NCBI GenBank assembly: GCA_044344255.1 | Contig: JBIJDH010000044.1 | Location: 1 to 33,677 of the forward strand | DNA length: 33,677 nucleotides | Source: Myxococcota bacterium | Lineage (GTDB): Bacteria; Myxococcota_A; UBA796; UBA2385 | Direction: 5' to 3' | In this document: positions 16,442 through 25,708 of the stretch, in pieces | Layout: the number at the start of each line of letters is the position of its first letter | How positions within the stretch are numbered: the stretch's first letter is position 1 | Made by a program: the position numbers and the translations under genes | Notes under the pieces: generated by a model | The model's input: only the letters and a program-made list of their open reading frames with translations | What the model was told of the DNA's origin: nothing | Database searches by the model: none

Positions 16442-18779
16442 AGACGTCGGCGCGCCCAACCCTGCCGGACCGGTCGGGCTCGACCCGAAGCGGTGCGCGG
16501 AGGAGGGCGGCCCCATTCGAGACCTGCCCACGCTCCTCCAACGACTGTCGCGTGATCTGTCCCGCTCGGAGCGCGCGCTCATCGCCCGGGGGCGCGCCGA
16601 CGCGGCCGTGCTCCCTGCGCTGCTCGAGGGCCTCCGCGGGATCGGCCTCTCGGAGGCGGACATCGAGCTCTGCCTCTGGACCGATGACCCGCAGAGCCGC
16701 GAGACGGTCACCGGCCTCAACGCAGAGCGGGACCTCCTCCTCGCGAGGCGCCGCCTGGTCCTCCTCGTCTCACCAACGGAGGAGGGCTTACGAGACCTCC
16801 ATCGCCAAGCCCCCGATCTGCTGAGCCGTGTCGATCTGTCCTTCGACCTTCGCCCGGCCCCCGGGGCGAACGACCGCGAGCGCCTCCGCGCCGCGCTCCT
16901 CGAGCGCGCGCGGTCTCAGAGCTCGGAGGTGGACCTCTCCGGGCTGGTGCCCTCGGACACCGGCCGCTCCCGCTTCAGCGTCGCGGACCTCTTCATCAAC
17001 CTCGTCCGACTGCCCCGCACCGCGACAGATCCGCCGCCTCCGCTCACGCGCCTGCTCGTCCTCGGTCAGCCCGGCAGCGGAAAGACCCTCTTCCTTCGCC
17101 AGCTCGCGCTCGACTACGCCACCGGGGGCGGAGATCTCCTGCGCCTCGGGCCGAGCCCGGCCCCCCTCCCGCTCTTCGCCTCCCTGCCCGCCTACGCCCG
17201 GGCGCGAGAGCTCCGAAGCGCGGCGCTCGGCCTCGACGACCACATCCGAGACCTCCTCGTCGAAGAGGGCCACCCGAGCGCGGGCGCCCTCCCCGAGGTC
17301 TGGCCGGACCTCCTCCTCCTCCTCGACGGCCTCGACGAGGTCCGCACCGTCGAGGAGCGTCGAGCCGTTATGAAGGAGGTGGCCCGGGTCGCCTCCACCT
17401 GCCGGGCGGTCGTGGTCACCGGTCGCTCGATCGTCCTCGAGGACTTGACCGACGAGCTCCTTCGCCCCTTCCAGCGCGCGCGGCCGAGCCCCCCGAACAC
17501 CCAGCAGGTTCGAGAGATCCTCCTTCGGTTCTTCCGCGCCCGGCGTCAGCCCGACCCCGACAAGGCCGCGCGGGAGGCCGTAGAGGGCATCGAGCGCTCG
17601 CCCGATCTCGGGGCGCTCTCCCGGGTGCCCCTGCTGCTCGTGCTCCTCGGCATCCTCCACGACCAGGACGGCCGCTTCCCCGAGCGCCGCTCGGCCATCT
17701 ACCATCGCGTGACAGAGCTCCTCCTCGACCGCTGGGAGCGCGCCCGCGCCCGCGCCCGGGGCTCGACGGTGTCCCGCGCGCAGGGCCTCGGCGACACCCT
17801 TCGGGTCGTCGGGACGCTCGCCTGGTGGCTGCTCGAGAAGGGCCAGTTCGAAGCGACAGATGAGGAGCTGTTCACCGAGCTTCGCCGAATTGAGGTGGCG
17901 CGGGGGGAGAGCGATGAGGACGCGGGCCGCAGGGCCACGGCGCTCGTCGAGCTCCTCCGGAATCAGAGCGCGCTGCTGGTCCACGCGGGGCCCCACCGCT
18001 GGCGATTCGTTCACGCGACCCTCGGGGAGTACCTGGCCGGCGTCGATCTCGCCCGCGGCGGTCCTCGGTGGAAGGTGGTCCTCCAGGACCTCTTTCGGGT
18101 GGACTGGTTCGAGGTCGTCGCCTTCGCCGCGGGCGAGCTCGGCCGAAGGGCGGACGACGAGCGCATCGCCGAGCTCGTTCGGTCGGCGCTCTACAGGCGC
18201 AAAGGCCGGTATCCCGCCACCTATGCCCTGCTGATCGGCAGCATCCTCGAGGAGGACCCCGGGATGCCCCCATCGGCCCAACGGAGCCTCGTCGACCGGC
18301 TCCTCGAGCTGTCATGGGACAAGGTCTACTATTCGCGCTCCGTCGAAGCAGTGGCCCAGAACCTCGTGAAGCTGGTGATCATCCATGGCGAACGGAGCTG
18401 GGGGGAGCACTTCGCGAACAGCCTGATGGACCGGCTCCTCCGCCCCGGCCCCAACGGCTGGAGCGACCAACACCAGAGCCTCGCGGGGGTGGCGAGGGAG
18501 CTCTGCCTCCACCTCGCCCATCCGGAGACGGAGCGGGTCCGGTGGTACATGGACGGCTCCGAGAGCGAGGCCGTCCGACTGGCGGCCCTCCGTTGGAAGA
18601 TCCAAGACGCCGGGCCCGACGAGCGCGAGGCCATCGTCGCGGAGGGGCTGCGCCGCCACCCCAAGCTGAACCGATACCAGCTCACGGGTGACCTGAGCGA
18701 TGTACGGAAGGACCCAGCCTACGGCTGGACGCCCAACGAGCCCTCCAGCGACATCGAACCGAAATATCTCCCATTCTGA
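16434..18779 (+). CDS. NACHT-domain (NLR-related STAND) protein
   Basis: LLVLGQPGSGKT, LLLLDGLDEV, VVTGR, PLLL and winged-helix FVHATLGEYLAG. Start overlaps the ATPase stop (ATGAGTAG). Confidence 0.9.
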   Translation: MSRDVGAPNPAGPVGLDPKRCAEEGGPIRDLPTLLQRLSRDLSRSERALIARGRADAAVLPALLEGLRGIGLSEADIELCLWTDDPQSRETVTGLNAERDLLLARRRLVLLVSPTEEGLRDLHRQAPDLLSRVDLSFDLRPAPGANDRERLRAALLERARSQSSEVDLSGLVPSDTGRSRFSVADLFINLVRLPRTATDPPPPLTRLLVLGQPGSGKTLFLRQLALDYATGGGDLLRLGPSPAPLPLFASLPAYARARELRSAALGLDDHIRDLLVEEGHPSAGALPEVWPDLLLLLDGLDEVRTVEERRAVMKEVARVASTCRAVVVTGRSIVLEDLTDELLRPFQRARPSPPNTQQVREILLRFFRARRQPDPDKAAREAVEGIERSPDLGALSRVPLLLVLLGILHDQDGRFPERRSAIYHRVTELLLDRWERARARARGSTVSRAQGLGDTLRVVGTLAWWLLEKGQFEATDEELFTELRRIEVARGESDEDAGRRATALVELLRNQSALLVHAGPHRWRFVHATLGEYLAGVDLARGGPRWKVVLQDLFRVDWFEVVAFAAGELGRRADDERIAELVRSALYRRKGRYPATYALLIGSILEEDPGMPPSAQRSLVDRLLELSWDKVYYSRSVEAVAQNLVKLVIIHGERSWGEHFANSLMDRLLRPGPNGWSDQHQSLAGVARELCLHLAHPETERVRWYMDGSESEAVRLAALRWKIQDAGPDEREAIVAEGLRRHPKLNRYQLTGDLSDVRKDPAYGWTPNEPSSDIEPKYLPF

Positions 18780-18823
18780 TAGGCCTTCGCCGAGGGGTCG
18801 TCGAACCAACCCGCGTGGGCCGC

Positions 18824-19453
18824 TCAGGTGAGCCACGCCCAGAGCCCGAGGGTGAGCAGCCCGAGGGGCGCGAGCTCGACGACGGCCAGGGCGAGCGCGA
18901 CCCCGAGCCAGCCGACGAGGGCCAGCGCGCCGCCGCCGTCGAGCGGCCCGCCCTCGGCCTCGAGGCCCAGCGCCACGCGCACCTCTGACACTGGCCGGGA
19001 GAGCAGGGCCGGCCCGAAGGCCTCGGCGTAGAGGTTGGTAGACCGGCGGCCGCGGGAGAAGGCGCGGAGCGTGCCGACCGGATCGAGCACGAGGCCGATC
19101 AGCAGCCCGTTCAGGTTGAGCACCCAGGCCGCCCAGTGGTCACGGCAGCCGGTGGCCAGCTCCCAGGCGCTGATCCGGCCCTCGCCCGGCCAGTCGGTCT
19201 GGTAGCCGGTGAGCACGTGGTGGAGGTCGTGAAAGCGCACGGCCCGCTTGCGGCTCTCGGTGTTGGGCAGGTTGAAGACATGAAAGCGGCCGAGCACCAC
19301 CACGGGGATGGTGGGGGCCTCGTAGCCGCCGTCGGCGGGGATGCCCTGCTCGGCGAAGAAGCGGCCGCGGGCCTCGAGGAGGGAGAGGCCGTCATACCGA
19401 CGGGCGGCGGCGAGGGGGGCGAGATCGGCCGTGACGATGCTGCGGGGCGTCAT
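18824..19453 (-). CDS. Hypothetical membrane protein with Coq4-like HDxxH metal motif
   Basis: HDLHHVLTGYQTDWPGE...WE; hydrophobic C-terminus; GGAGG before ATG 19453. Confidence 0.7.
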   Translation of the reverse strand: MTPRSIVTADLAPLAAARRYDGLSLLEARGRFFAEQGIPADGGYEAPTIPVVVLGRFHVFNLPNTESRKRAVRFHDLHHVLTGYQTDWPGEGRISAWELATGCRDHWAAWVLNLNGLLIGLVLDPVGTLRAFSRGRRSTNLYAEAFGPALLSRPVSEVRVALGLEAEGGPLDGGGALALVGWLGVALALAVVELAPLGLLTLGLWAWLT

Positions 19454-19544
19454 GGGGCCTCCGGGTTCGCGGGGAGGGGCGGCGCGGCTTGCGCCGAAGA
19501 GGTTGACGCTGAGCAGCGAGGCCGGTGGAGACCCCGAGACCCGC

Positions 19545-20543
19545 CTACTTGGACTCCTGGGCCACATAGGCCTTGAGCAGCTCGTTCACATCGAGCTTCT
19601 GGACGCCGATACCGCCCGCACCGCCGGGGAGCACGACGATACGCTTGCCGGCCAGCGACTCGGCGATCTTCCGCTTCACCATCACCCGCCCGCCCGCGCC
19701 GGCCAGGGCCAGGTTCATCTCCCGGATGCCCTGGGCCTTGGCCGACTGCTCGGCGAGGATGGCCTCGGCGTCCTTCTGGCGGGTCACGTAGTAGGCATCG
19801 GCCTCCAGCGCGTTCTGCTGGGCCTGGCCGTTGGCCGTCGCAATGGCGCGTTCTACCTCCCCCTTCTTCGCCTCCAGCTTGGCCTCCCACTCCCGCTGCA
19901 CGTTCTCCGCCGCGCTCTTGAGTGTGTTCACCTGCTGGTCGTACTCCTTACGGTCGTTGATCGCCTTCTGGTAGCCAGTGTGGAAGCGGTGATCTCCGAG
20001 GATGACGTTGTCGCAGCGGAGCCCATAGGGCTGGAGCTCCCGGTCGAGCACGGTCTTCGCCTGCTCCGCCGCTGTGAACTTCTTGCCGGCATAGATGTCC
20101 TCGCTGGAGAGCTCGTTCAGGACGTCGCGGACGATAGAGCGGGCCATCGGGCGGACGATGAATTCTTTCAGGCTCTCGTCGTCGGGCGCCACCGACTGGA
20201 GCACCCGCGGCGCCTCCTTGGGGTCGAGGCGGTAGATGATGGTGACATCGACGCCCACGTCATTGCCGTCGCGGGTCTTGAATTCCAGGTCATCCTTGCC
20301 GACCCGGTCGCCTGCACTCGCGTCGGCCACCATGGACAGCGTCTGGGCCTGGGTGGAGAAGGTGTACCAGTCTGTGAAGGCGGCCATGAAGTAGGTGCCG
20401 CCGGGGGCATAGACCTCTTCGTCCATGCCGGAGAAGAGGCTGACCTTCACGCCCACCTCGTTGGCCTCGGTGGTGCGGACGGCACAGCCGGAGAGCAGGA
20501 GCGCGGCGGTAGACAGGAGGGAGAGGATGGGGTGGGGACGCAT
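19545..20543 (-). CDS. SPFH/band-7 (prohibitin-like) protein with lipoprotein-type signal
   Basis: LLLSGC lipobox; EVGV, KTRDGNDVGVDVTIIYRLDP, PMARSIVRD; coiled-coil A/E-rich tail. Confidence 0.85.
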   Translation of the reverse strand: MRPHPILSLLSTAALLLSGCAVRTTEANEVGVKVSLFSGMDEEVYAPGGTYFMAAFTDWYTFSTQAQTLSMVADASAGDRVGKDDLEFKTRDGNDVGVDVTIIYRLDPKEAPRVLQSVAPDDESLKEFIVRPMARSIVRDVLNELSSEDIYAGKKFTAAEQAKTVLDRELQPYGLRCDNVILGDHRFHTGYQKAINDRKEYDQQVNTLKSAAENVQREWEAKLEAKKGEVERAIATANGQAQQNALEADAYYVTRQKDAEAILAEQSAKAQGIREMNLALAGAGGRVMVKRKIAESLAGKRIVVLPGGAGGIGVQKLDVNELLKAYVAQESK

Positions 20544-20544
20544 T

Positions 20545-21609
20545 CTAGTTCCCTCCGACGTCAAACATACGCAGCGTCTGGTTGAGGTCGAGGACGTTGG
20601 TACCGCCCGGCCCCCCCTCTACGAAGATCACGTCGATGCCTTGCAGCACCCCGGCCATCTCCATGCCGACGAGGTTGTCCGAGCCGGCGCCGCTCTTATA
20701 GGCCGCGTTCTCGAGGACGGTCCCCTGGGCCTCTGCGAGGGCCACGAGGAGGTCCCCCTCAGCCTTCTTCTTTCGGCTGTAGAGGTCGGCCTCCGCTTCG
20801 ATCTTCTTCACCTCGGAGTCGCCGCGCTGCTGCTCGACGTTCACCGCCGCCTGCCCCTCGGCGTCGATCTTCTGGCGCGACGCCTCCATCCGGGCCGCCT
20901 CGGTCATGGACTGGTTCGTGAAGATGAGCTGATCCTGGACCTTACGGTCCTCGATCTGCTTCTGGTAACCACCGAGGTAGGTGTACTGGCGAATCAGCAC
21001 ATGGTCGATCTGCAGGCCGAGCCCGGAGAGCTGCTGGTTGAGGAGGCGCTTCGCCTCCGTCGTCGCCTGGATCCGCAGGGTCTCGCTGTAGAAGTCCTCG
21101 GCCTTGAGCGCGCCGAGCGACTGCTTCAAGGCCTGAGAGGCCTTCGGGATGATCGCGTTGTCCTCGAAGAGCCGACCGGGGCCGATCTGACTCATGACGG
21201 CGTAGGGGTCGGTGATTCGGTAGAGGATCGAGGCGTCGATGGTGATCTTCGAGCCGTCGGAGGAGTCGACCTCGAGGGAGGCGATGGTGCGGCTGTAGCG
21301 GCCCTCGGTCGCGGACTCGGCCGGGCCCGAGTTCATCGTCAGCGTCTGGACTACGGAGGGGAAGCGGTGGAAGGTGACGCCGGGGCCCGTGAAAAAGAAG
21401 CCGGGGCCCGCGTAAGCCACCGTGTCGAGCCCACCGCCGTACCGGGACTGTTTGACCGCCGACTCGTAGGGCGGGATGTACTCGGTGAAGGCCGCGCTCA
21501 AGGCATACAGGCCGACAGCGCCCACCACCAGCGCCGCGCCGCCGATGATGAGGCGTCGCCGCCGAGGCGAAGGGGTGTCCGCTTGATTCAACAGATCGAG
21601 GCGTGCCAT
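20545..21609 (-). CDS. SPFH/band-7 protein with N-terminal transmembrane anchor
   Basis: N-terminal hydrophobic helix; SSDGSKITIDASILYRITDP; AE-rich coiled coil; GGGAGGG RBS. Stop lies 1 bp before the next SPFH gene start. Confidence 0.85.
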   Translation of the reverse strand: MARLDLLNQADTPSPRRRRLIIGGAALVVGAVGLYALSAAFTEYIPPYESAVKQSRYGGGLDTVAYAGPGFFFTGPGVTFHRFPSVVQTLTMNSGPAESATEGRYSRTIASLEVDSSDGSKITIDASILYRITDPYAVMSQIGPGRLFEDNAIIPKASQALKQSLGALKAEDFYSETLRIQATTEAKRLLNQQLSGLGLQIDHVLIRQYTYLGGYQKQIEDRKVQDQLIFTNQSMTEAARMEASRQKIDAEGQAAVNVEQQRGDSEVKKIEAEADLYSRKKKAEGDLLVALAEAQGTVLENAAYKSGAGSDNLVGMEMAGVLQGIDVIFVEGGPGGTNVLDLNQTLRMFDVGGN

Positions 21610-21623
21610 GTATGCCCTCCCGG

Positions 21624-22919
21624 CTAGCCGAGGTTGTCGATCTCTGTCTGGTGCGAGACGAGCTCCCGCATCATCACCCGCAGGGCGGGCAGGGTGCCCG
21701 GGAGCAGGCGCGGCAGGAAGCCGCCGACCATGGTGAACACGATGATCATCAACGGCAAGTCGATCCCCGGCGGAAAAGGAGAGACGAGCGCGGAGATCAC
21801 CGAGAGGGGCAAGGTCGCGATCCCGGTCGCGATCGCGGCCGCCCAGGGGGTGTCCAGCACCCGGACGAGGAAGGTCCCCTCCCAGCGCTGGCGGGCTGTC
21901 GCGTACCGCGCGTAGTCCCGCACGAGCCGACCCTCGCAGAAGCGCCGCAGGAGCTGGAAGTTGGCTTCGGAGCGCCCGACCTCCACCGCGTGGGGCTCGA
22001 TCTCGTCGAGGTAGGCGTGGACCACCGGCCGGAGCTCGTCTTCGCGGGTCCGGCCGGCGCCCCGGGTGTTCTCCAGGATGGGCAGGAGGTCCTCCACGAC
22101 CGCGTCGAGGCGGAGATCGGCCGCGGTCCAGGGCTCGCTGGAGGTGAGGCGCTCGATTCGGGCCTGCTCGCCCGCGAGGTTCTCCGCGGTATCGCGGAGC
22201 GGCTGGGCGATCTGCCGGAGCCAGGCCGGATGCACGAGGAAGGCGCCGAGCAGGCCGAGCACGACACAGAGGATGGGCGTCGAGAGCGGGACGGGGAAGC
22301 TCAGGAGGCCGACGCAGGCGATCAGCAGCGCCAGGGCGAAGGGGCTGCGGAGCAGCGGACCGGTGAAGGCGCCGTCCTCCACCGCGTTCACCCGCCGGGC
22401 CGCATTCACATAGGCGGGGACGAAGCGGTCGCGCACCGCCTCCTCGACGTGATCCCTCCAGCGGTGCTCCTCCTCGCTGCGCGGCGGCGCGTTGCGGCGA
22501 TAGAGCTCGAGCGTGGCCTCGGCGGCGTCGCGGAGGGCGTCGGCGGCCGCGTTGGGGTCGGCGATGCGCACCGCTTCGACCTGGGCCAGCAGCACCGTGG
22601 AGAGGCCTGGCAGGTCGCGCACCCCCACCTCGGGCAGCTCCCTCGGCGGGCGGCTGGCGAGCTGCCGGGCCCGCTCCCCGAGCGCGAGGACGGCCGTCTT
22701 CACCGCCTCCGCAGCGGACCAGTCGAGCCCTGTGGCCCGGCCGAGGGCCTGGAGACCGGGGTCGGCGGGCGGGGCGTCCTCCCGGGCCTGCTGACGGGCC
22801 TCGAGGAGGAGGATGAGCTCGCTGACCTCGTCGGGGTTGCGAAGGGAGGTCACGTACTCGCGGAGGGCGGTCTCCGGGGCGGAGCGCGGCGAGGGGTGCT
22901 GCGGAGTCTCGACGGACAT
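21624..22919 (-). CDS. Hypothetical membrane protein (helical N-terminus, two TM hairpins)
   Basis: 431-aa ORF with high GC3 and two pairs of hydrophobic segments; ends 14 bp before the first SPFH gene. No family recognised. Confidence 0.7.
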   Translation of the reverse strand: MSVETPQHPSPRSAPETALREYVTSLRNPDEVSELILLLEARQQAREDAPPADPGLQALGRATGLDWSAAEAVKTAVLALGERARQLASRPPRELPEVGVRDLPGLSTVLLAQVEAVRIADPNAAADALRDAAEATLELYRRNAPPRSEEEHRWRDHVEEAVRDRFVPAYVNAARRVNAVEDGAFTGPLLRSPFALALLIACVGLLSFPVPLSTPILCVVLGLLGAFLVHPAWLRQIAQPLRDTAENLAGEQARIERLTSSEPWTAADLRLDAVVEDLLPILENTRGAGRTREDELRPVVHAYLDEIEPHAVEVGRSEANFQLLRRFCEGRLVRDYARYATARQRWEGTFLVRVLDTPWAAAIATGIATLPLSVISALVSPFPPGIDLPLMIIVFTMVGGFLPRLLPGTLPALRVMMRELVSHQTEIDNLG

Positions 22920-23125
22920 CGCGAAGCTTTATGCTGATCCTGAGCTCCCCGCTCGGCCGGGCCGAAGCACACAGGGACTCTCGCCGCCACCCCTTCCGCT
23001 ATCCGTATCGGGCTGAGCCACCCGATAGGCAGGCCCGATGCGCGCGCTCCGCCTCGGGCCCAGGGGCCCCATCCTCACCGACAAGGCCCTGACGCGCGCC
23101 GCGGCGACAGGCTCGGGGACCCCGC

Positions 23126-24196
23126 CTACAGGGTCGGGTAGTCGGTGTAGCCGGCCTCCCCGCCGCCGTAGAAGGTGGTGTAGTCGGGCGGGTTGAGCGC
23201 CGCGCCGAGCTCGAAGCGCCGCGGGAGGTCGGGGTTGGCGATGTAGGGCACGCCGTAGGCGACGAGGTCGGCCTCGCCCGCGGCGACCGCGGCGTTGCCC
23301 GTCTCGCGGCTGTGGCCGCCGTTGGTGATGTAGGTGCCCGAGAACCGTGGGCGGAGCAGCGGCCCCCAGCGCTTGCCCGCGGCGGGCCCGGCGACCGGGT
23401 CAATGACGTGGAGGTAGCCCGCCTTACGCTCCGACAGGGCCACGGTGACCGCGCTGAAGAGGGCGTCCGGATCGCTGTCGGACATCTCGTTGAAGGAGCC
23501 CCCAGGGGAGAGGCGCACGCCGATGCGCGCGACGGGGAAGACCTCGGCGACCGCGTCAAAGACCTCGAGCAGCAGGCGCATGCGGTTCTCGATTGAGCCG
23601 CCGTAGGCGTCGGTGCGGTGATTGGAGCCATCGCGGAGGAACTGGTCGAGGAGGTAGCCGTTGGCGGCGTGCAGCTCGACCCCGTCAAAGCCGGCGGCGA
23701 GGGCCACGCGGGCCCCCTGGGCGTAGGCCGCGACCACGCCCGGGAGCTCACCCAACTCGAGCGCGCGGGGCACCGAGTAGGCGACCTTGCCCACGGGCGT
23801 CCAGGCCTCCCCCGAGATGCCGATCGCCGAGGCCGACACCGGGGCGGCGCCGCCCGGCTGAAAGGAGGTGTGCGACACCCGCCCGACGTGCCAGAGCTGC
23901 GCGAAGATGCGCCCGCCCGCGGCGTGGACGGCCTCGACCACCGCGCGCCAGCCCGCCTCCTGCTCGGGGCTGTAGATGCCCGGGGTGCTGATGTAGCCCT
24001 GTCCCTCGGGGCAGACCTGGGTGGCCTCGGTGATGAGCAGGCCGCCGCTCGCGCGCTGGGCGTAGTAGGTCGCGGTGAGCGGGGTGACCACGCCCCCGGC
24101 GCCGGCCCGCGAGCGGGTCATCGGCGCGAGGGCGATCCGGTTGGGGAGCGAGAGCCCGCCGAGGTCGTAGGGGGTGAGCAGGGGCTGAGTCGTCAT
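23126..24196 (-). CDS. Old Yellow Enzyme / NemA-type alkene reductase
   Basis: NRIALAPMTRSRA, YYAQRAS, QLWHVGR, GFDGVELHAANGYLLDQFL, RTDAYGGSIENR, FYGGG..GYTDYP; GGAG before ATG 24196. Confidence 0.93.
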   Translation of the reverse strand: MTTQPLLTPYDLGGLSLPNRIALAPMTRSRAGAGGVVTPLTATYYAQRASGGLLITEATQVCPEGQGYISTPGIYSPEQEAGWRAVVEAVHAAGGRIFAQLWHVGRVSHTSFQPGGAAPVSASAIGISGEAWTPVGKVAYSVPRALELGELPGVVAAYAQGARVALAAGFDGVELHAANGYLLDQFLRDGSNHRTDAYGGSIENRMRLLLEVFDAVAEVFPVARIGVRLSPGGSFNEMSDSDPDALFSAVTVALSERKAGYLHVIDPVAGPAAGKRWGPLLRPRFSGTYITNGGHSRETGNAAVAAGEADLVAYGVPYIANPDLPRRFELGAALNPPDYTTFYGGGEAGYTDYPTL

Positions 24197-24222
24197 CGGA
24201 GCTCCGAGGTCGAGGGCGCATC

Positions 24223-24239
24223 GCTTCCAAAAGGGAAGC
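24223..24239. promoter_or_regulatory. Candidate operator (inverted repeat) for the HxlR-family regulator
   Basis: GCTTCC-AAAAG-GGAAGC, 27-43 bp upstream of the OYE start in the divergent intergenic region. Confidence 0.5.
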
Positions 24240-24360
24240 AACTGGGCGCTCGTAAGTAGCCGCCGCCTCGCCCGCGTCAAGGCGCCGCGGGCGGGGAGCG
24301 AGCGATAGGGTTGGAGCCGCCCCAGGCGGCGGGCGCGGAGCCGAGGGTTAAGGACCCTGT

Positions 24361-24741
24361 ATGGCCCTGGATCCTCCCGATGTCCCGCCCCCGCTGCACC
24401 ACACCCCGTCGCAGTGCGCCGCCTTCCGCGCGGCGATGAAGGTGCTCGGCAAGCCCTGGAACGGCATGCTGCTCCGTGAGCTGGAGGCCGGCTCACTGCG
24501 CTTCTCGGCCCTCGCCGAGCGCCTCGCCCCCATCGGAGATCGGATGTTGTCCCTGCGACTGAAGGAGCTCGAGGCCGCGGGCCTCGTGTCCCGCGAGGTC
24601 GAGCCCGGGCCGCCGGTGCGGGTCTCCTACGCCCTCACCCCCGCCGGCCGCGGCATCGGCGAGGTGACCCAAGCGGTGACCGGCTGGGGCCACCAGGTGC
24701 TGGAGGCGGCGAAGGGCGAGGCGGTCCCCGAGGGGAGCTGA
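24361..24741 (+). CDS. HxlR/DUF24-family winged-helix transcriptional regulator
   Basis: N-terminal Cys, LGKPW..LL, LRFS.L, MLSLRLKELE, PPVRVSYALTPAG; divergent from the OYE gene. Confidence 0.9.
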   Translation: MALDPPDVPPPLHHTPSQCAAFRAAMKVLGKPWNGMLLRELEAGSLRFSALAERLAPIGDRMLSLRLKELEAAGLVSREVEPGPPVRVSYALTPAGRGIGEVTQAVTGWGHQVLEAAKGEAVPEGS

Positions 24742-24943
24742 GCCCCCGCGGTTCGGCGTGGGGACGCGGCAGGACCGACCGACGGTGGCTGCCTGCGGTG
24801 CGGGGGTACGGCGGCGCGCCGGTGCTCCGCCCTTGCGCGGCCGGCGGCTCCACTTGCGCCCGCTTTTCCTCGCTGCCACCGCTTCCCCGGAGAGCATAAA
24901 CGGATAGGGGCCTGCGACACCACTCATCCTCCGAGGAGAGCCC

Positions 24944-25645
24944 ATGTTCCGCTCGATGCTGTCCGCTTCCCTGCTGATGCTGTCCCTTGCCTGCCAGTCT
25001 GACCCCAAAGGGGGCGGCACCGACGAAGGGAGCAGCGGGGAAGGCGAGGGCGAGGGCGAGGGCGAGGGCGAGGGCGAGGGTGAGGGCGAGGGTGAGGGTG
25101 AGGGTGAGGGTGAGGGCGAGGGCGAGGCTGGCCCCCCCACCTTCGATGGTGCCTTCCAGGTCGTGTCCGTGACCCGCGCCAGCCCCTGCGACGGTGAGCC
25201 GACCGACATCACCGAGGGCGCCACCCGAGACGACAGCGCCTACGTTCAGGGCGTGCGCTCCAGCTCGGGGAGGTCCTTCTCCTACTACACCTGCGCCAAC
25301 ACCGCCGACTGCGCCGAGCTGGCCGCGGCCGCCGCCAGCCACGACTCTTTCAGCTACAACGTGTCTTGGGACTTCTCAGAGGTGGACGACACCGAGATGA
25401 GCGGCGGCACACAGTGGACCGGCACCTGGGAGGAGGACGGGACCTGCTCCGAACCGGAGCGTGACGACGTGACCGCCACGCTGGATGCGTCCACCGGGCA
25501 GGTCGTGCTGACCATGGCGATCACCATCGGGGAGAGCCACCCGCAGGACGAGGACGGCTACTGCACGACGGCCGACGCCGCCGCCGCCTGCGACGCCGCA
25601 GAGTGCACGAGCGTGGAGACCTGGACCGTCACTCCGGTCGAGTGA
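24944..25645 (+). CDS. Acidic, Cys-rich lipoprotein with (GE)15 linker
   Basis: GAGGAG RBS; lipobox LSLAC; GE repeat; Asp/Glu/Thr-rich domain with several Cys. Confidence 0.85.
   Translation: MFRSMLSASLLMLSLACQSDPKGGGTDEGSSGEGEGEGEGEGEGEGEGEGEGEGEGEGEGEAGPPTFDGAFQVVSVTRASPCDGEPTDITEGATRDDSAYVQGVRSSSGRSFSYYTCANTADCAELAAAAASHDSFSYNVSWDFSEVDDTEMSGGTQWTGTWEEDGTCSEPERDDVTATLDASTGQVVLTMAITIGESHPQDEDGYCTTADAAAACDAAECTSVETWTVTPVE
25037..25126 (+). repeat. Hexamer repeat (GGYGAG)n encoding (GE)15
   Basis: 15 in-frame units counted from the sequence; first is GGGGAA, the rest GGCGAG or GGTGAG. Confidence 0.92.
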
Positions 25646-25708
25646 AGGCGCACCCGCGTCGGCTTCCCGCACCGCCCACCGCCCGCCGCGGCGCGGCCTC
25701 GTGGCCGC

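Noticed and set aside
23126..24741. OYE with divergent HxlR regulator as a novel system
   Set aside because: A common electrophile/redox stress arrangement; listed as features only.
24493..25342. (PS)n and (LA/LT)n repeat ORFs on the minus strand
   Set aside because: Reverse-strand readings of the GE repeat in the lipoprotein gene.
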